Source: Auanema rhodensis (lineage: Eukaryota > Animalia > Nematoda). From it: a DNA stretch of 64,000 nucleotides. Below the pieces are notes generated by a model that worked only from the letters and a program-made list of their open reading frames with translations, was not told the origin of the DNA and made no database searches. Shown here piece after piece: positions 21,670-34,324 of the stretch (position 1 is the stretch's first letter; each line of letters starts with the position of its first letter). Where the stretch lies: the NCBI GenBank assembly GCA_964057225.1, contig OZ059898.1, forward strand, positions 14,880,001 to 14,944,000. Reading direction: 5' to 3'. Position numbers and translations under genes: made by a program.

Positions 21670-24600
21670 GTATTAACTTCTAACAAAACGATTAAATGCA
21701 GAAAAGAGATTTAGAAGAGAGCTGAATTCAAAATATGGAAATTCAGAAGAGAAGATGCCAAAAAATGGCTTCCCATGCCGGGAATCGAACCCGGGCCGCG
21801 TGGGTGAAAACCACGAATCCTAACCACTAGACCACATGGGACACGTTAACTGTTCTTATGATACTACTTCTTCTATCATTTACCTCGAGGAAGTGAGTAA
21901 GCAACAAGGGAAGTAACAACGATGAATCGGCCCCGTATTAACTTCTAACAAAACGATTAAATGCAGAAAAGAGATTTAGAAGAGAGCTGAATTCAAAATA
22001 TGGAAATTCAGAAGAGAAGATGCCAAAAGATGGCTTCCCATGCCGGGAATCGAACCCGGGCCGCGTGGGTGAAAACCACGAATCCTAACCACTAGACCAC
22101 ATGGGACACTTTAACTGTTCTTATGATACTACTTCTTCTATCATTTACCTCAAGGAAGTGAGTAAGCAACAAGGGAAGTAACAACGATGAATCGGCCCCG
22201 TATTAACTTCTAACAAAACGATTAAAAGCAGAAAAGAGATTTAGAAGAGAGTTGATTTCAAAATATGGAAATTCAGAAGAGAAGATGCCAAAAGATGGCT
22301 TCCCATGCCGGGAATCGAACCCGGGCCGCGTGGGTGAAAACCACGAATCCTAACCACTAGACCACATTGGACACGTTAACTGTTCTTATGATACTACTTC
22401 TTCTATCATTTATCTCGAGGAAGTGAGTAAGCAACAAGGGAAGTAACAACGACGAATCGGCCCCGTATTAACTTCTAACAAAACGATTAAAAGCAGAAAA
22501 GAGATTTAGAAGAGAGTTGATTTCAAAATATGGAAATTCAGAAGAGAAGATGCCAAAAGATGGCTTCCCATGCCGGGAATCGAACCCGGGCCGCGTGGGT
22601 GAAAACCACGAATCCTAACCACTAGACCACATGGGACACGTTAACTGTTCTTATGATACTACTTCTTCTATCATTTACCTCGAGGAAGTGAGTAAGCAAC
22701 AAGGGAAGTAACAACGATGAATCGGCCCCGTATTAACTTCTAACAAAAAGATTAAATGCAGAAAAGAGATTTAGAAGAGAGCTGAATTCAAAATATGGAA
22801 ATTGAGAAGAGAAGATGCCAAAAGATGGCTTCCCATGCCGGGAATCGAACCCGGGCCGCGTGGGTGAAAACCACGAATCCTAACCACTAGACCACATGGG
22901 ACACGTTAACTGTTCTTATGATACTACTTCTTCTATCATTTACCTCGAGGAAGTGAGTAAGCAACAAGGGAAGTAACAACGATGAATCGGCCCCGTATTA
23001 ACTTCTAACAAAAAGATTAAATGCAGAAAAGAGATTTAGAAGAGAGCTGAATTCAAAATATGGAAATTGAGAAGAGAAGATGCCAAAAGATGGCTTCCCA
23101 TGCCGGGAATCGAACCCGGGCCGCGTGGGTGAAAACCACGAATCCTAACCACTAGACCACATGGGACACGTTAACTGTTCTTATGATACTACTTCTTCTA
23201 TCATTTACCTCGAGGAAGTGAGTAAGCAACAAGGGAAGTAACAACGATGAATCGGCCCCGTATTAACTTCTAACAAAACGATTAAATGCAGAAAAGAGAT
23301 TTAGAAGAGAGCTGAATTCAAAATATGGAAATTGAGAAGAGAAGATGCCAAAAGATGGCTTCCCATGCCGGGAATCGAACCCGGGCCGCGTGGGTGAAAA
23401 CCACGAATCCTAACCACTAGACCACATGGGACACTTTAACTGTTCTTATGATACTACTTCTTCTATCATTTACCTCAAGGAAGTGAGTAAGCAACAAGGG
23501 AAGTAACAACGATGAATCGGCCCCGTAATAACTTCTAACAAAACGATTAAAAGCAGAAAAGAGATTTAGAAGAGAGCTGAATTCAAAATATGGAAATTCA
23601 GAAGAGAAGATGCCAAAAAATGGCTTCCCATGCCGGGAATCGAACCCGGGCCGCGTGGGTGAAAACCACGAATCCTAACCACTAGACCACATGGGACACG
23701 TTAACTGTTCTTATGATACTACTTCTTCTATCATTTATCTCGAGGAAGTGAGTAAGCAACAAGGGAAGTAACAACGATGAATCGGCCCCGTATTAACTTC
23801 TAACAAAACGATTAAAAGCAGAAAAGAGATTTAGAAGAGAGTTGATTTCAAAATATGGAAATTGAGAAGAGAAGATGCCAAAAGATGGCTTCCCATGCCG
23901 GGAATCGAACCCGGGCCGCGTGGGTGAAAACCACGAATCCTAACCACTAGACCACATGGGACACGTTAACTGTTCTTATGATACTACTTCTTCTATCATT
24001 TACCTCGAGGAAGTGAGTAAGCAACAAGGGAAGTAACAACGATGAATCGGCCCCGTATTAACTTCTAACAAAAAGATTAAATGCAGAAAAGAGATTTAGA
24101 AGAGAGCTGAATTCAAAATATGGAAATTGAGAAGAGAAGATGCCAAAAGATGGCTTCCCATGGCGGGAATCGAACCCGGGCCGCGTGGGTGAAAACCACG
24201 AATCCTAACCACTAGACCACATGGGACACTTTAACTGTTCTTATGATACTACTTCTTCTATCATTTACCTCAAGGAAGTGAGTAAGCAACAAGGGAAGTA
24301 ACAACGATGAATCGGCCCCGTATTAACTTCTAACAAAACGATTAAAAGCAGAAAAGAGATTTAGAAGAGAGCTGAATTCAAAATATGGAAATTCAGAAGA
24401 GAAGATGCCAAAAAATGGCTTCCCATGCCGGGAATCGAACCCGGGCCGCGTGGGTGAAAACCACGAATCCTAACCACTAGACCACATGGGACACGTTAAC
24501 TGTTCTTATGATACTACTTCTTCTATCATTTACCTCGAGGAAGTGAGTAAGCAACAAGGGAAGTAACAACGATGAATCGGCCCCGTATTAACTTCTAACA

Positions 24601-27600
24601 AAACGATTAAATGCAGAAAAGAGATTTAGAAGAGAGCTGAATTCAAAATATGGAAATTCAGAAGAGAAGATGCCAAAAGATGGCTTCCCATGCCGGGAAT
24701 CGAACCCGGGCCGCGTGGGTGAAAACCACGAATCCTAACCACTAGACCACATGGGACACGTTAACTGTCCTTATGATACTACTTCTTCTATCATTTACCT
24801 GAAGGAAGTGAGTAAACAACAAGGAAAGTAACAACGATGAATCGGCCCCGTATTAACTTCTAACAAAACGATTAAATGCAGAAAAGAGATTTAAAAGAGA
24901 GCTGATTTCAAAATATGGAAATTGAGAAGAGAAGATGCCAAAAGATGGCTTCCCATGCCGGGAATCGAACCCGGGCCGCGTGGGTGAAAACCACGAATCC
25001 TAACCACTAGACCACATGGGACACGTTAACTGTTCTTATGATACTACTTCTTCTATCATTTACCTCGAGGAAGTGAGTAAGCAACAAGGGAAGTAACAAC
25101 GATGAATCGGCCCCGTATTAACTTCTAACAAAAAGATTAAATGCAGAAAAGAGATTTAGAAGAGAGCTGAATTCAAAATATGGAAATTGAGAAGAGAAGA
25201 TGCCAAAAGATGGCTTCCCATGCCGGGAATCGAACCCGGGCCGCGTGGGTGAAAACCACGAATCCTAACCACTAGACCACATGGGACACGTTAACTGTTC
25301 TTATGATACTACTTCTTCTATCATTTACCTCGAGGAAGTGAGTAAGCAACAAGGGAAGTAACAACGATGAATCGGCCCCGTATTAACTTCTAACAAAACG
25401 ATTAAATGCAGAAAAGAGATTTAGAAGAGAGCTGAATTCAAAATATGGAAATTGAGAAGAGAAGATGCCAAAAGATGGCTTCCCATGCCGGGAATCGAAC
25501 CCGGGCCGCGTGGGTGAAAACCACGAATCCTAACCACTAGACCACATGGGACACTTTAACTGTTCTTATGATACTACTTCTTCTATCATTTACCTCAAGG
25601 AAGTGAGTAAGCAACAAGGGAAGTAACAACGATGAATCGGCCCCGTATTAACTTCTAACAAAACGATTAAAAGCAGAAAAGAGATTTAGAAGAGAGCTGA
25701 ATTCAAAATATGGAAATTCAGAAGAGAAGATGCCAAAAAATGGCTTCCCATGCCGGGAATCGAACCCGGGCCGCGTGGGTGAAAACCACGAATCCTAACC
25801 ACTAGACCACATGGGACACGTTAACTGTTCTTATGATACTACTTCTTCTATCATTTATCTCGAGGAAGTGAGTAAGCAACAAGGGAAGTAACAACGATGA
25901 ATCGGCCCCGTATTAACTTCTAACAAAACGATTAAAAGCAGAAAAGAGATTTAGAAGAGAGTTGATTTCAAAATATGGAAATTGAGAAGAGAAGATGCCA
26001 AAAGATGGCTTCCCATGCCGGGAATCGAACCCGGGCCGCGTGGGTGAAAACCACGAATCCTAACCACTAGACCACATGGGACACGTTAACTGTCCTTATG
26101 ATACTACTTCTTCTATCATTTACCTGAAGGAAGTGAGTAAACAACAAGGAAAGTAACAACGATGAATCGGCCCCGTATTAACTTCTAACAAAACGATTAA
26201 ATGCAGAAAAGAGATTTAGAAGAGAGCTGAATTCAAAATATGGAAATTCAGAAGAGAAGATGCCAAAAGATGGCTTCCCATGCCGGGAATCGAACCCGGG
26301 CCGCGTGGGTGAAAACCACGAATCCTAACCACTAGACCACATGGGACACGTTAACTGTCCTTATGATACTACTTCTTCTATCATTTACCTGAAGGAAGTG
26401 AGTAAACAACAAGGAAAGTAACAACGATGAATCGGCCCCGTATTAACTTCTAACAAAACGATTAAATGCAGAAAAGAGATTTAAAAGAGAGCTGATTTCA
26501 AAATATGGAAATTGAGAAGAGAAGATGCCAAAAGATGGCTTCCCATGCCGGGAATCGAACCCGGGCCGCGTGGGTGAAAACCACGAATCCTAACCACTAG
26601 ACCACATGGGACACGTTAACTGTTCTTATGATACTACTTCTTCTATCATTTACCTCGAGGAAGTGAGTAAGCAACAAGGGAAGTAACAACGATGAATCGG
26701 CCCCGTATTAACTTCTAACAAAAAGATTAAATGCAGAAAAGAGATTTAGAAGAGAGCTGAATTCAAAATATGGAAATTGAGAAGAGAAGATGCCAAAAGA
26801 TGGCTTCCCATGCCGGGAATCGAACCCGGGCCGCGTGGGTGAAAACCACGAATCCTAACCACTAGACCACATGGGACACGTTAACTGTTCTTATGATACT
26901 ACTTCTTCTATCATTTACCTCGAGGAAGTGAGTAAGCAACAAGGGAAGTAACAACGATGAATCGGCCCCGTATTAACTTCTAACAAAACGATTAAATGCA
27001 GAAAAGAGATTTAGAAGAGAGCTGAATTCAAAATATGGAAATTGAGAAGAGAAGATGCCAAAAGATGGCTTCCCATGCCGGGAATCGAACCCGGGCCGCG
27101 TGGGTGAAAACCACGAATCCTAACCACTAGACCACATGGGACACTTTAACTGTTCTTATGATACTACTTCTTCTATCATTTACCTCAAGGAAGTGAGTAA
27201 GCAACAAGGGAAGTAACAACGATGAATCGGCCCCGTATTAACTTCTAACAAAACGATTAAAAGCAGAAAAGAGATTTAGAAGAGAGCTGAATTCAAAATA
27301 TGGAAATTCAGAAGAGAAGATGCCAAAAAATGGCTTCCCATGCCGGGAATCGAACCCGGGCCGCGTGGGTGAAAACCACGAATCCTAACCACTAGACCAC
27401 ATGGGACACGTTAACTGTTCTTATGATACTACTTCTTCTATCATTTATCTCGAGGAAGTGAGTAAGCAACAAGGGAAGTAACAACGATGAATCGGCCCCG
27501 TATTAACTTCTAACAAAACGATTAAAAGCAGAAAAGAGATTTAGAAGAGAGTTGATTTCAAAATATGGAAATTGAGAAGAGAAGATGCCAAAAGATGGCT

Positions 27601-29560
27601 TCCCATGCCGGGAATCGAACCCGGGCCGCGTGGGTGAAAACCACGAATCCTAACCACTAGACCACATGGGACACGTTAACTGTTCTTATGATACTACTTC
27701 TTCTATCATTTACCTCGAGGAAGTGAGTAAGCAACAAGGGAAGTAACAACGATGAATCGGCCCCGTATTAACTTCTAACAAAACGATTAAATGCAGAAAA
27801 GAGATTTAGAAGAGAGCTGAATTCAAAATATGGAAATTCAGAAGAGAAGATGCCAAAAGATGGCTTCCCATGGCGGGAATCGAACCCGGGCCGCGTGGGT
27901 GAAAACCACGAATCCTAACCACTAGACCACATGGGACACGTTAACTGTCCTTATGATACTACTTCTTCTATCATTTACCTGAAGGAAGTGAGTAAACAAC
28001 AAGGAAAGTAACAACGATGAATCGGCCCCGTATTAACTTCTAACAAAACGATTAAATGCAGAAAAGAGATTTAGAAGAGAGCTGAATTCAAAATATGGAA
28101 ATTCAGAAGAGAAGATGCCAAAAGATGGCTTCCCATGCCGGGAATCGAACCCGGGCCGCGTGGGTGAAAACCACGAATCCTAACCACTAGACCACATGGG
28201 ACACGTTAACTGTTCTTATGATACTACTTCTTCTATCATTTACCTCGAGGAAGTGAGTAAGCAACAAGGGAAGTAACAACGATGAATCGGCCCCGTATTA
28301 ACTTCTAACAAAACGATTAAATGCAGAAAAGAGATTTAGAAGAGAGCTGAATTCAAAATATGGAAATTCAGAAGAGAAGATGCCAAAAGATGGCTTCCCA
28401 TGCCGGGAATCGAACCCGGGCCGCGTGGGTGAAAACCACGAATCCTAACCACTAGACCACATGGGACACGTTAACTGTCCTTATGATACTACTTCTTCTA
28501 TCATTTACCTGAAGGAAGTGAGTAAACAACAAGGAAAGTAACAACGATGAATCGGCCCCGTATTAACTTCTAACAAAACGATTAAATGCAGAAAAGAGAT
28601 TTAGAAGAGAGCTGAATTCAAAATATGGAAATTCAGAAGAGAAGATGCCAAAAGATGGCTTCCCATGCCGGGAATCGAACCCGGGCCGCGTGGGTGAAAA
28701 CCACGAATCCTAACCACTAGACCACATGGGACACGTTAACTGTCCTTATGATACTACTTCTTCTATCATTTACCTGAAGGAAGTGAGTAAACAACAAGGA
28801 AAGTAACAACGATGAATCGGCCCCGTATTAACTTCTAACAAAACGATTAAATGCAGAAAAGAGATTTAGAAGAGAGCTGAATTCAAAATATGGAAATTGA
28901 GAAGAGAAGATGCCAAAAGATGGCTTCCCATGCCGGGAATCGAACCCGGGCCGCGTGGGTGAAAACCACGAATCCTAACCACTAGACCACATGGGACACT
29001 TTAACTGTTCTTATGATACTACTTCTTCTATCATTTACCTCAAGGAAGTGAGTAAGCAACAAGGGAAGTAACAACGATGAATCGGCCCCGTATTAACTTC
29101 TAACAAAACGATTAAAAGCAGAAAAGAGATTTAGAAGAGAGCTGAATTCAAAATATGGAAATTCAGAAGAGAAGATGCCAAAAAATGGCTTCCCATGCCG
29201 GGAATCGAACCCGGGCCGCGTGGGTGAAAACCACGAATCCTAACCACTAGACCACATGGGACACGTTAACTGTTCTTATGATACTACTTCTTCTATCATT
29301 TATCTCGAGGAAGTGAGTAAGCAACAAGGGAAGTAACAACGATGAATCGGCCCCGTATTAACTTCTAACAAAACGATTAAAAGCAGAAAAGAGATTTAGA
29401 AGAGAGCTGAATTCAAAATATGAAAATTCAAAAGAGAAGATGCCAAAAGATGGCTTCCCATGCCGGGAATCGAACCCGGGCCGCGTGGGTGAAAACCACG
29501 AATCCTAACCACTAGACCACATGGGACACGTTAACTGTCCTTATGATACTACTTCTTCTA
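21670..29560 (-). repeat. 265-bp tandem array, right arm (30 tRNA-bearing units)
   Basis: Unit starts at 21734+265j up to 29419; similarity ends abruptly at ~29560. Confidence 0.99.
21770..29526 (-). tRNA. tRNA-Glu(TTC): 30 tandem tRNA-Glu(TTC) genes at 21770+265j..21841+265j (j=0-29)
   Basis: Same 72-nt gene as in the left arm; last copy at 29455-29526. Confidence 0.97.
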
Positions 29561-31957
29561 ACACCATGCTTTGTTCCATTTTTTTTTGTTTTTATCGTTT
29601 CCTTTATTTTGTGTATTTCAAATTGTACTTCGCGACACGCATTTCTATATCGTCATCGTTAATATCGAAAAAACAATGTACCTCAACCCGAACCTTAACG
29701 GATTATAGACGATCTATAGTTTGTTGAAATTGTTAAACAGGTAATAAAGCATTCTACCACTGATTATCTGTTCTATCGATCCTCAGCGGAATACCGACAA
29801 GGAAATACCTTCGCCAAAGCGACAATATGTCTAGATTAGAAAAAGGAATTTGTATCAAAGGGAAATCAATACAATTATGTTATATGAGATGTGAAAGATC
29901 TAATGAGAGAGATTTCCTTAATATAGATGAATGTGATAAAAATAAGGTGGTTGCCAGCTATACAGATTGACTGTCTTGTATTTCTCCGATAGTAGGAAAG
30001 GCAATTAATCATCATATATCTTATATGGATATTATTCCAATATACTTTTATATTCTTAATGTTTTCTGTTAGAAAGATATTAAATATGTGAAAGATATCG
30101 CTCATCATTTTAGTGAAATAAAACGATTTTCAATATTTAAATCTTGTTTTTATTTCTAATTATTCACAGTTTTATAACTTTCTATTCTATTTTCATTTTG
30201 TTGTGTATATATTAGATCAATTGTGTGTATTCATCAGGTCATAGTAGAAACTTTCAGAAATGCATGCAGTGGATTACATGTATATTATACCTGCAAATGA
30301 TTATTGACAAATCGACATGATTATCGACTTCAGCTAAATTAGATAATCGAATTGTTTTTTATGAGTCTTATAGTTGTAGTTTGCCTGTTAAGCTTACATT
30401 TCCTATTCATCAGCAATTAATTATGAGAAACAAATACGACGCTTATATTGAACATATACGCTCTTCAACATGATGAAAAATGCTTCTTTCAATGTAAAAA
30501 ATGTTCACAAGTACACCGATTGTGGCTCGAGAACTATGCCGAAAACCCATGAACGCTCGAAAACTATGCTGAAAACTCGATAATTGAAAAATAGTAGATA
30601 ACATACATAATTATCTTTTCCTTTCCGTAAAGTATAACATATATGTATATTCAATGTATTTATTGTATTATGTATTTTTTTTCATATTTAAGTTATATTA
30701 AATATATAATTTGATATGTATAGTAGAACACTTTACTACCTCCTCATATTTTTGACCCAGTTTACACTATATTTTACTCTCATCTCTTGTCCGTTCCAGA
30801 CTGATATCGAGAGCGGTAGAAGGTGGATTCTCGAATCTTATAGTCCTCAAAAAGAATACTTTAAACTACCAATAACCGATTTCTTTAGAATTTTTGCAAT
30901 TTCATGTAGCATATATTCAAAAAAATGTGTGTTAATATATTTTCCTATTTTTATAACTAGTGTTATTGACTCTTTTTTTTAAAGCGCGTAAAGTTTTTTT
31001 CTGAAGAATAGCCTCAGACAGTTTCCATATCTGGATCTTGTTGAATAACTATGAAGAGAAGAGACTTGGTCGACAGATCACTACATTCTTCAAGTTCAGA
31101 CAAAAAGACGTTCAGTATACTCCATGAAGACAAGAAAACCATTATGGCTAAAGTGTTGAAAAAAGTTGTAAAATCCAAGCCAGAAGATTTTGAACATTTC
31201 GTTCATCTACCGCTAATACTTTCAAACATGATTGTTTCGATTTTTTTCAATTCAAAAACCTTTTTGTAGTAAAAAGATCTGAGGTTTCTAAAGATTGTTA
31301 TTATTAGTTTTTATATATTTAAATAAATATCGATCAATGATTACGCACATCTATGAATGAAACAGAAGTGGTTTAATCTACCTTCATATAATATTTACCC
31401 AAATTGCATCTATAGATGACATAGCCTCTGAATGCAAATATAGTACTATGACCTGCACTTGTTTTAATTTTCCTATGCTTAATATGCATTCTAACCAGGA
31501 TACAATCTCATTTTTGGATATCACCTCTATGATTGTTTTTCAAGAACTTCAAATTTTAACTTTTCCTCTGAAGATTGTAATTTCACAAAAGCTATAATAG
31601 TTTAATTCTGACACTAACTGTTGTTCATCGTTTTCCTTCAAAACTAATATTTTCTTGACCTGTAATAAATAAGATTGCTGTTCAGTTCTTTATCAAAGCT
31701 CAAAAACTTTACTTTTCAAGATTTTCTTTATTGATTTGAGTCATTCAATAAGATTTTAGAAATTTTGTATTTCAAATTTTGTCTGCAAGTTTCTTCCAGT
31801 TGTCTGGAAATAACTATTAGATGTGAATATATAGTGAAACATTACTTTATTACTTTTTTACTTTTTTTCATGAAGTTATACAGATGTATATAACTGAATA
31901 GTTCTCATCTTCTTGATCTAATCCATTAATGTATGATTGAAAAATATAGATTCAGAT

Positions 31958-32436
31958 ATGACTTCTAGACCAATTGGCATTCATGGAGTGATCATGCGAC
32001 TGGTGGCTTTCATGTTCTCACAGAAATGGCCAGAAGAATTGGAAAAACCTAATCTTCAATGGGTGGTATGGGTATGAATATCTTACAAAAATTTATGAAC
32101 ACAAACAACTATTTATAGTTTATGGAAGAAGTTAAAGCTTATATCAATCAATGGAATCCAGAACTAGAATCAAGTATGGAAGGATTAGAAGGAAGAATGA
32201 AAAGACTCACATGCCCTCGTTTGGGTTTGGGTAAACACATAAGCAATCACAACTACAAAGTTCATTGTCAGGGAGGAATACAATGTGTGCGAACTCATTG
32301 TGTAGGTACAGCTCCAGAATCCGTTTTTTATGAAATCACGGATGCTTTAACACCAATCTTTAGTAAATGGGTCATTATTGCTCCCGGATTAAGATCATAC
32401 CAAATTTTCCATAAAAAAAACCATAAAATAGCATAA
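31958..32436 (+). CDS. Putative small 2-exon protein of unknown function (~143 aa)
   Basis: TTCAG acceptor 2 nt before the ATG at 31958. Exon MTSRPIGIHG...NLQWVVW, then a 47-bp GT-AG intron (32072-32118) joining in frame to FMEEVKAY...HKIA*. Could also be the last exons of a longer gene. Confidence 0.5.
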
Positions 32437-32641
32437 TATACGAATAAATATTAAATAGCTTTTTTTTGTTTCTTAGCTAAGCAAACTCCTCGTTTCTTTG
32501 TCTGAAATATAAAATTTTGCTTTCTTTTGGCTTCTTCTCTCCTGCATTTTATCATCTTAGATTTCTGCTTCTGCAACTCTGTGTTGTTCAATCAGACAAA
32601 ATGTTGATAGAAGGAATAGTGTAAGATGGTCAGCTAACGTG

Positions 32642-32713
32642 TCCCATGTGGTCTAGTGGTTAGGATTCGTGGTTTTCACCCACGCGGCCCGGGTTCGATT
32701 CCCGGCATGGGAA
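32642..32713 (+). tRNA. tRNA-Glu(TTC): tRNA-Glu(TTC)
   Basis: Perfect consensus copy, followed by GCCATCTTTT. Confidence 0.96.
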
Positions 32714-32906
32714 GCCATCTTTTGGCATCTTCTCTTCTGAATTTCCATATTTTGAAATCAACTCTCTTCTAAATCTCTTTTCTCCTTTTAATCTTTTTGT
32801 TAGAAGTTAATACGGGGCCGATTCATCGTTGTTACTTCCCTTGTTGCTTACTCACTTCCTCGAGGTAAATGATAGAAGAAGTAGTATCATAAGAACAGTT
32901 AAAGTG

Positions 32907-32978
32907 TCCCATGTGGTCTAGTGGTTAGGATTCGTGGTTTTCACCCACGCGGCCCGGATTCGAAACCCGGCTTGGGAA
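32907..32978 (+). pseudogene. tRNA-Glu(TTC) probable pseudogene
   Basis: T-arm/B box altered (CCGGATTCGAAACCCGG), acceptor mismatch (CTTGGGA), and the first T-run terminator is broken. Confidence 0.75.
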
Positions 32979-33171
32979 GCCATATCTTGGCATCTTCTCT
33001 TCTGAATTTCCATATTTTGAAATCAGCTCTCTTCTAAATATTTTTTCTGCTTTTAATCTTTTTGTTAGAATTTAATACGGTTCAAATTTATTATTGTTCC
33101 TTCCCTTGTTGCTTACTCACTTCCTCGAGGTAAATGATACAAGGAATAGTGTAAGATGGTCAGCTAACGTG

Positions 33172-33243
33172 TCCCATGTGGTCTAGTGGTTAGGATTCGT
33201 GGTTTTCACCCACGCGGCCCGGGTTCGATTCCCGGCATGGGAA
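33172..33243 (+). tRNA. tRNA-Glu(TTC): tRNA-Glu(TTC)
   Basis: Perfect consensus copy with TTTT terminator. Confidence 0.96.
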
Positions 33244-33505
33244 GCCATCTTTTGGCATCTTCTCTTCTGAATTTCCATATTTTGAAATCAGTTTTCTACT
33301 TCAACTCTTTTTTACTTTTAACTTTCTGGTAGAACGTTACCCCTTTTCTGATTTTTTGCATTTTGAGTTGATGTTTCTTAAGAAATGTCGAAACTTTATT
33401 AAAATAAAATAGACTAACGACAAAATTTTTATTTGAAGTATAAATGTTTTATAGTAGATCAAGTATTTCAACGAATGTGTAAATTCATTTTTTATTTTTT
33501 TCAAA

Positions 33506-34324
33506 TTATACATCATCTGGATCAGATGTAGCAACAATTCCTTTTTGATATCCTGGACATATGGTTCTATCATTTTCATTATAACATTTATATGTTTTCC
33601 ACATAACATACCATGAATATGAAAATACGAAAATTTGAAAAATCAAGAAAAAAAGCATTGTTGATGAGACAATAGTTTGAGCTGAAAAAAACATGCAATG
33701 AATAATAGCAAATATCAACTTTGTAACAAACTTACTAGTTTCATCATCTGGATTAAGACTATGCATTTTGTATAATGAACGTAATGGTTTACTATCTATA
33801 TGGTGATTATAGATAACATTAGTAAATGCTCCAAATAATGCAAAGCATGTTGTTATGAATAAAAGAATAAAAGCAAGGATTCCCTATATAGAGTAATGAT
33901 GATGAAAATATAGTGTTCTAATTTACCTGAATGAATAGGAATGGTACTAAAAATGATTTTTTTTCCAAAAATACACCGTACATTACAGTGATTGAGTATA
34001 CCGTTAAGAAGGAACAGAATAAGCTAAATCTAAAAAAAAGAAATAGAGCTCAAAAGAAGTTTATAAGCTTGGTAGATTACCCAGCATGCTCAAAGCCAAA
34101 TGCAAAAAAGTTGATTCCTGATATAAGTAAACATAGAAGAAAGAAGTAAAATGAGAAAAACTTCGCTGCACTCTGAAATCAATAAGATTCGTCTCTATCA
34201 TTCATTTCAGTTTCAGTTGAAACACAGATCTATAACTTACAGTAGCATGATAAAGACCACAACATATTTGAAAATCCGGATTAGGTTCTATTATTCCATG
34301 TGGGCTATAACTTCGAACTGTCAT
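33506..34324 (-). CDS. Small four-transmembrane protein (LAPTM-like nematode family), 5 exons
   Basis: TTTCAG-C-ATG start. Spliced read MTVRSY...FQICCGLYHAT|SAAKFFSFYFFLLCLLISG..|..VMYGVFLEKKSFLVPFLFIQ|GILAFILLF..|..FLIFQIFVFSYSWYVMWKTYK..DDV*; short GT-AG introns. Family assignment is by motif recall. Confidence 0.75.

Larger units (their letters stand above)
32605..33335 (+). repeat. Inverted, diverged 3-unit copy of the 265-bp tRNA repeat
   Basis: Reverse complement of the array unit with 265-bp spacing; spacers more diverged than in the main array. Confidence 0.93.

Noticed and set aside
1-29560. CRISPR-like repeat-spacer array
   Set aside because: Whole 265-bp units repeat with no unique spacers; eukaryotic context and no cas genes.
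30525-30580. Two-copy 30-bp tandem duplication (GCTCGA.AACTATGC.GAAAAC)
   Set aside because: Ordinary local duplication with no further structure.
31051-31269. 72-aa ORF
   Set aside because: Could be an upstream exon of the 31958 gene, but no reliable splice path or motif supports it.
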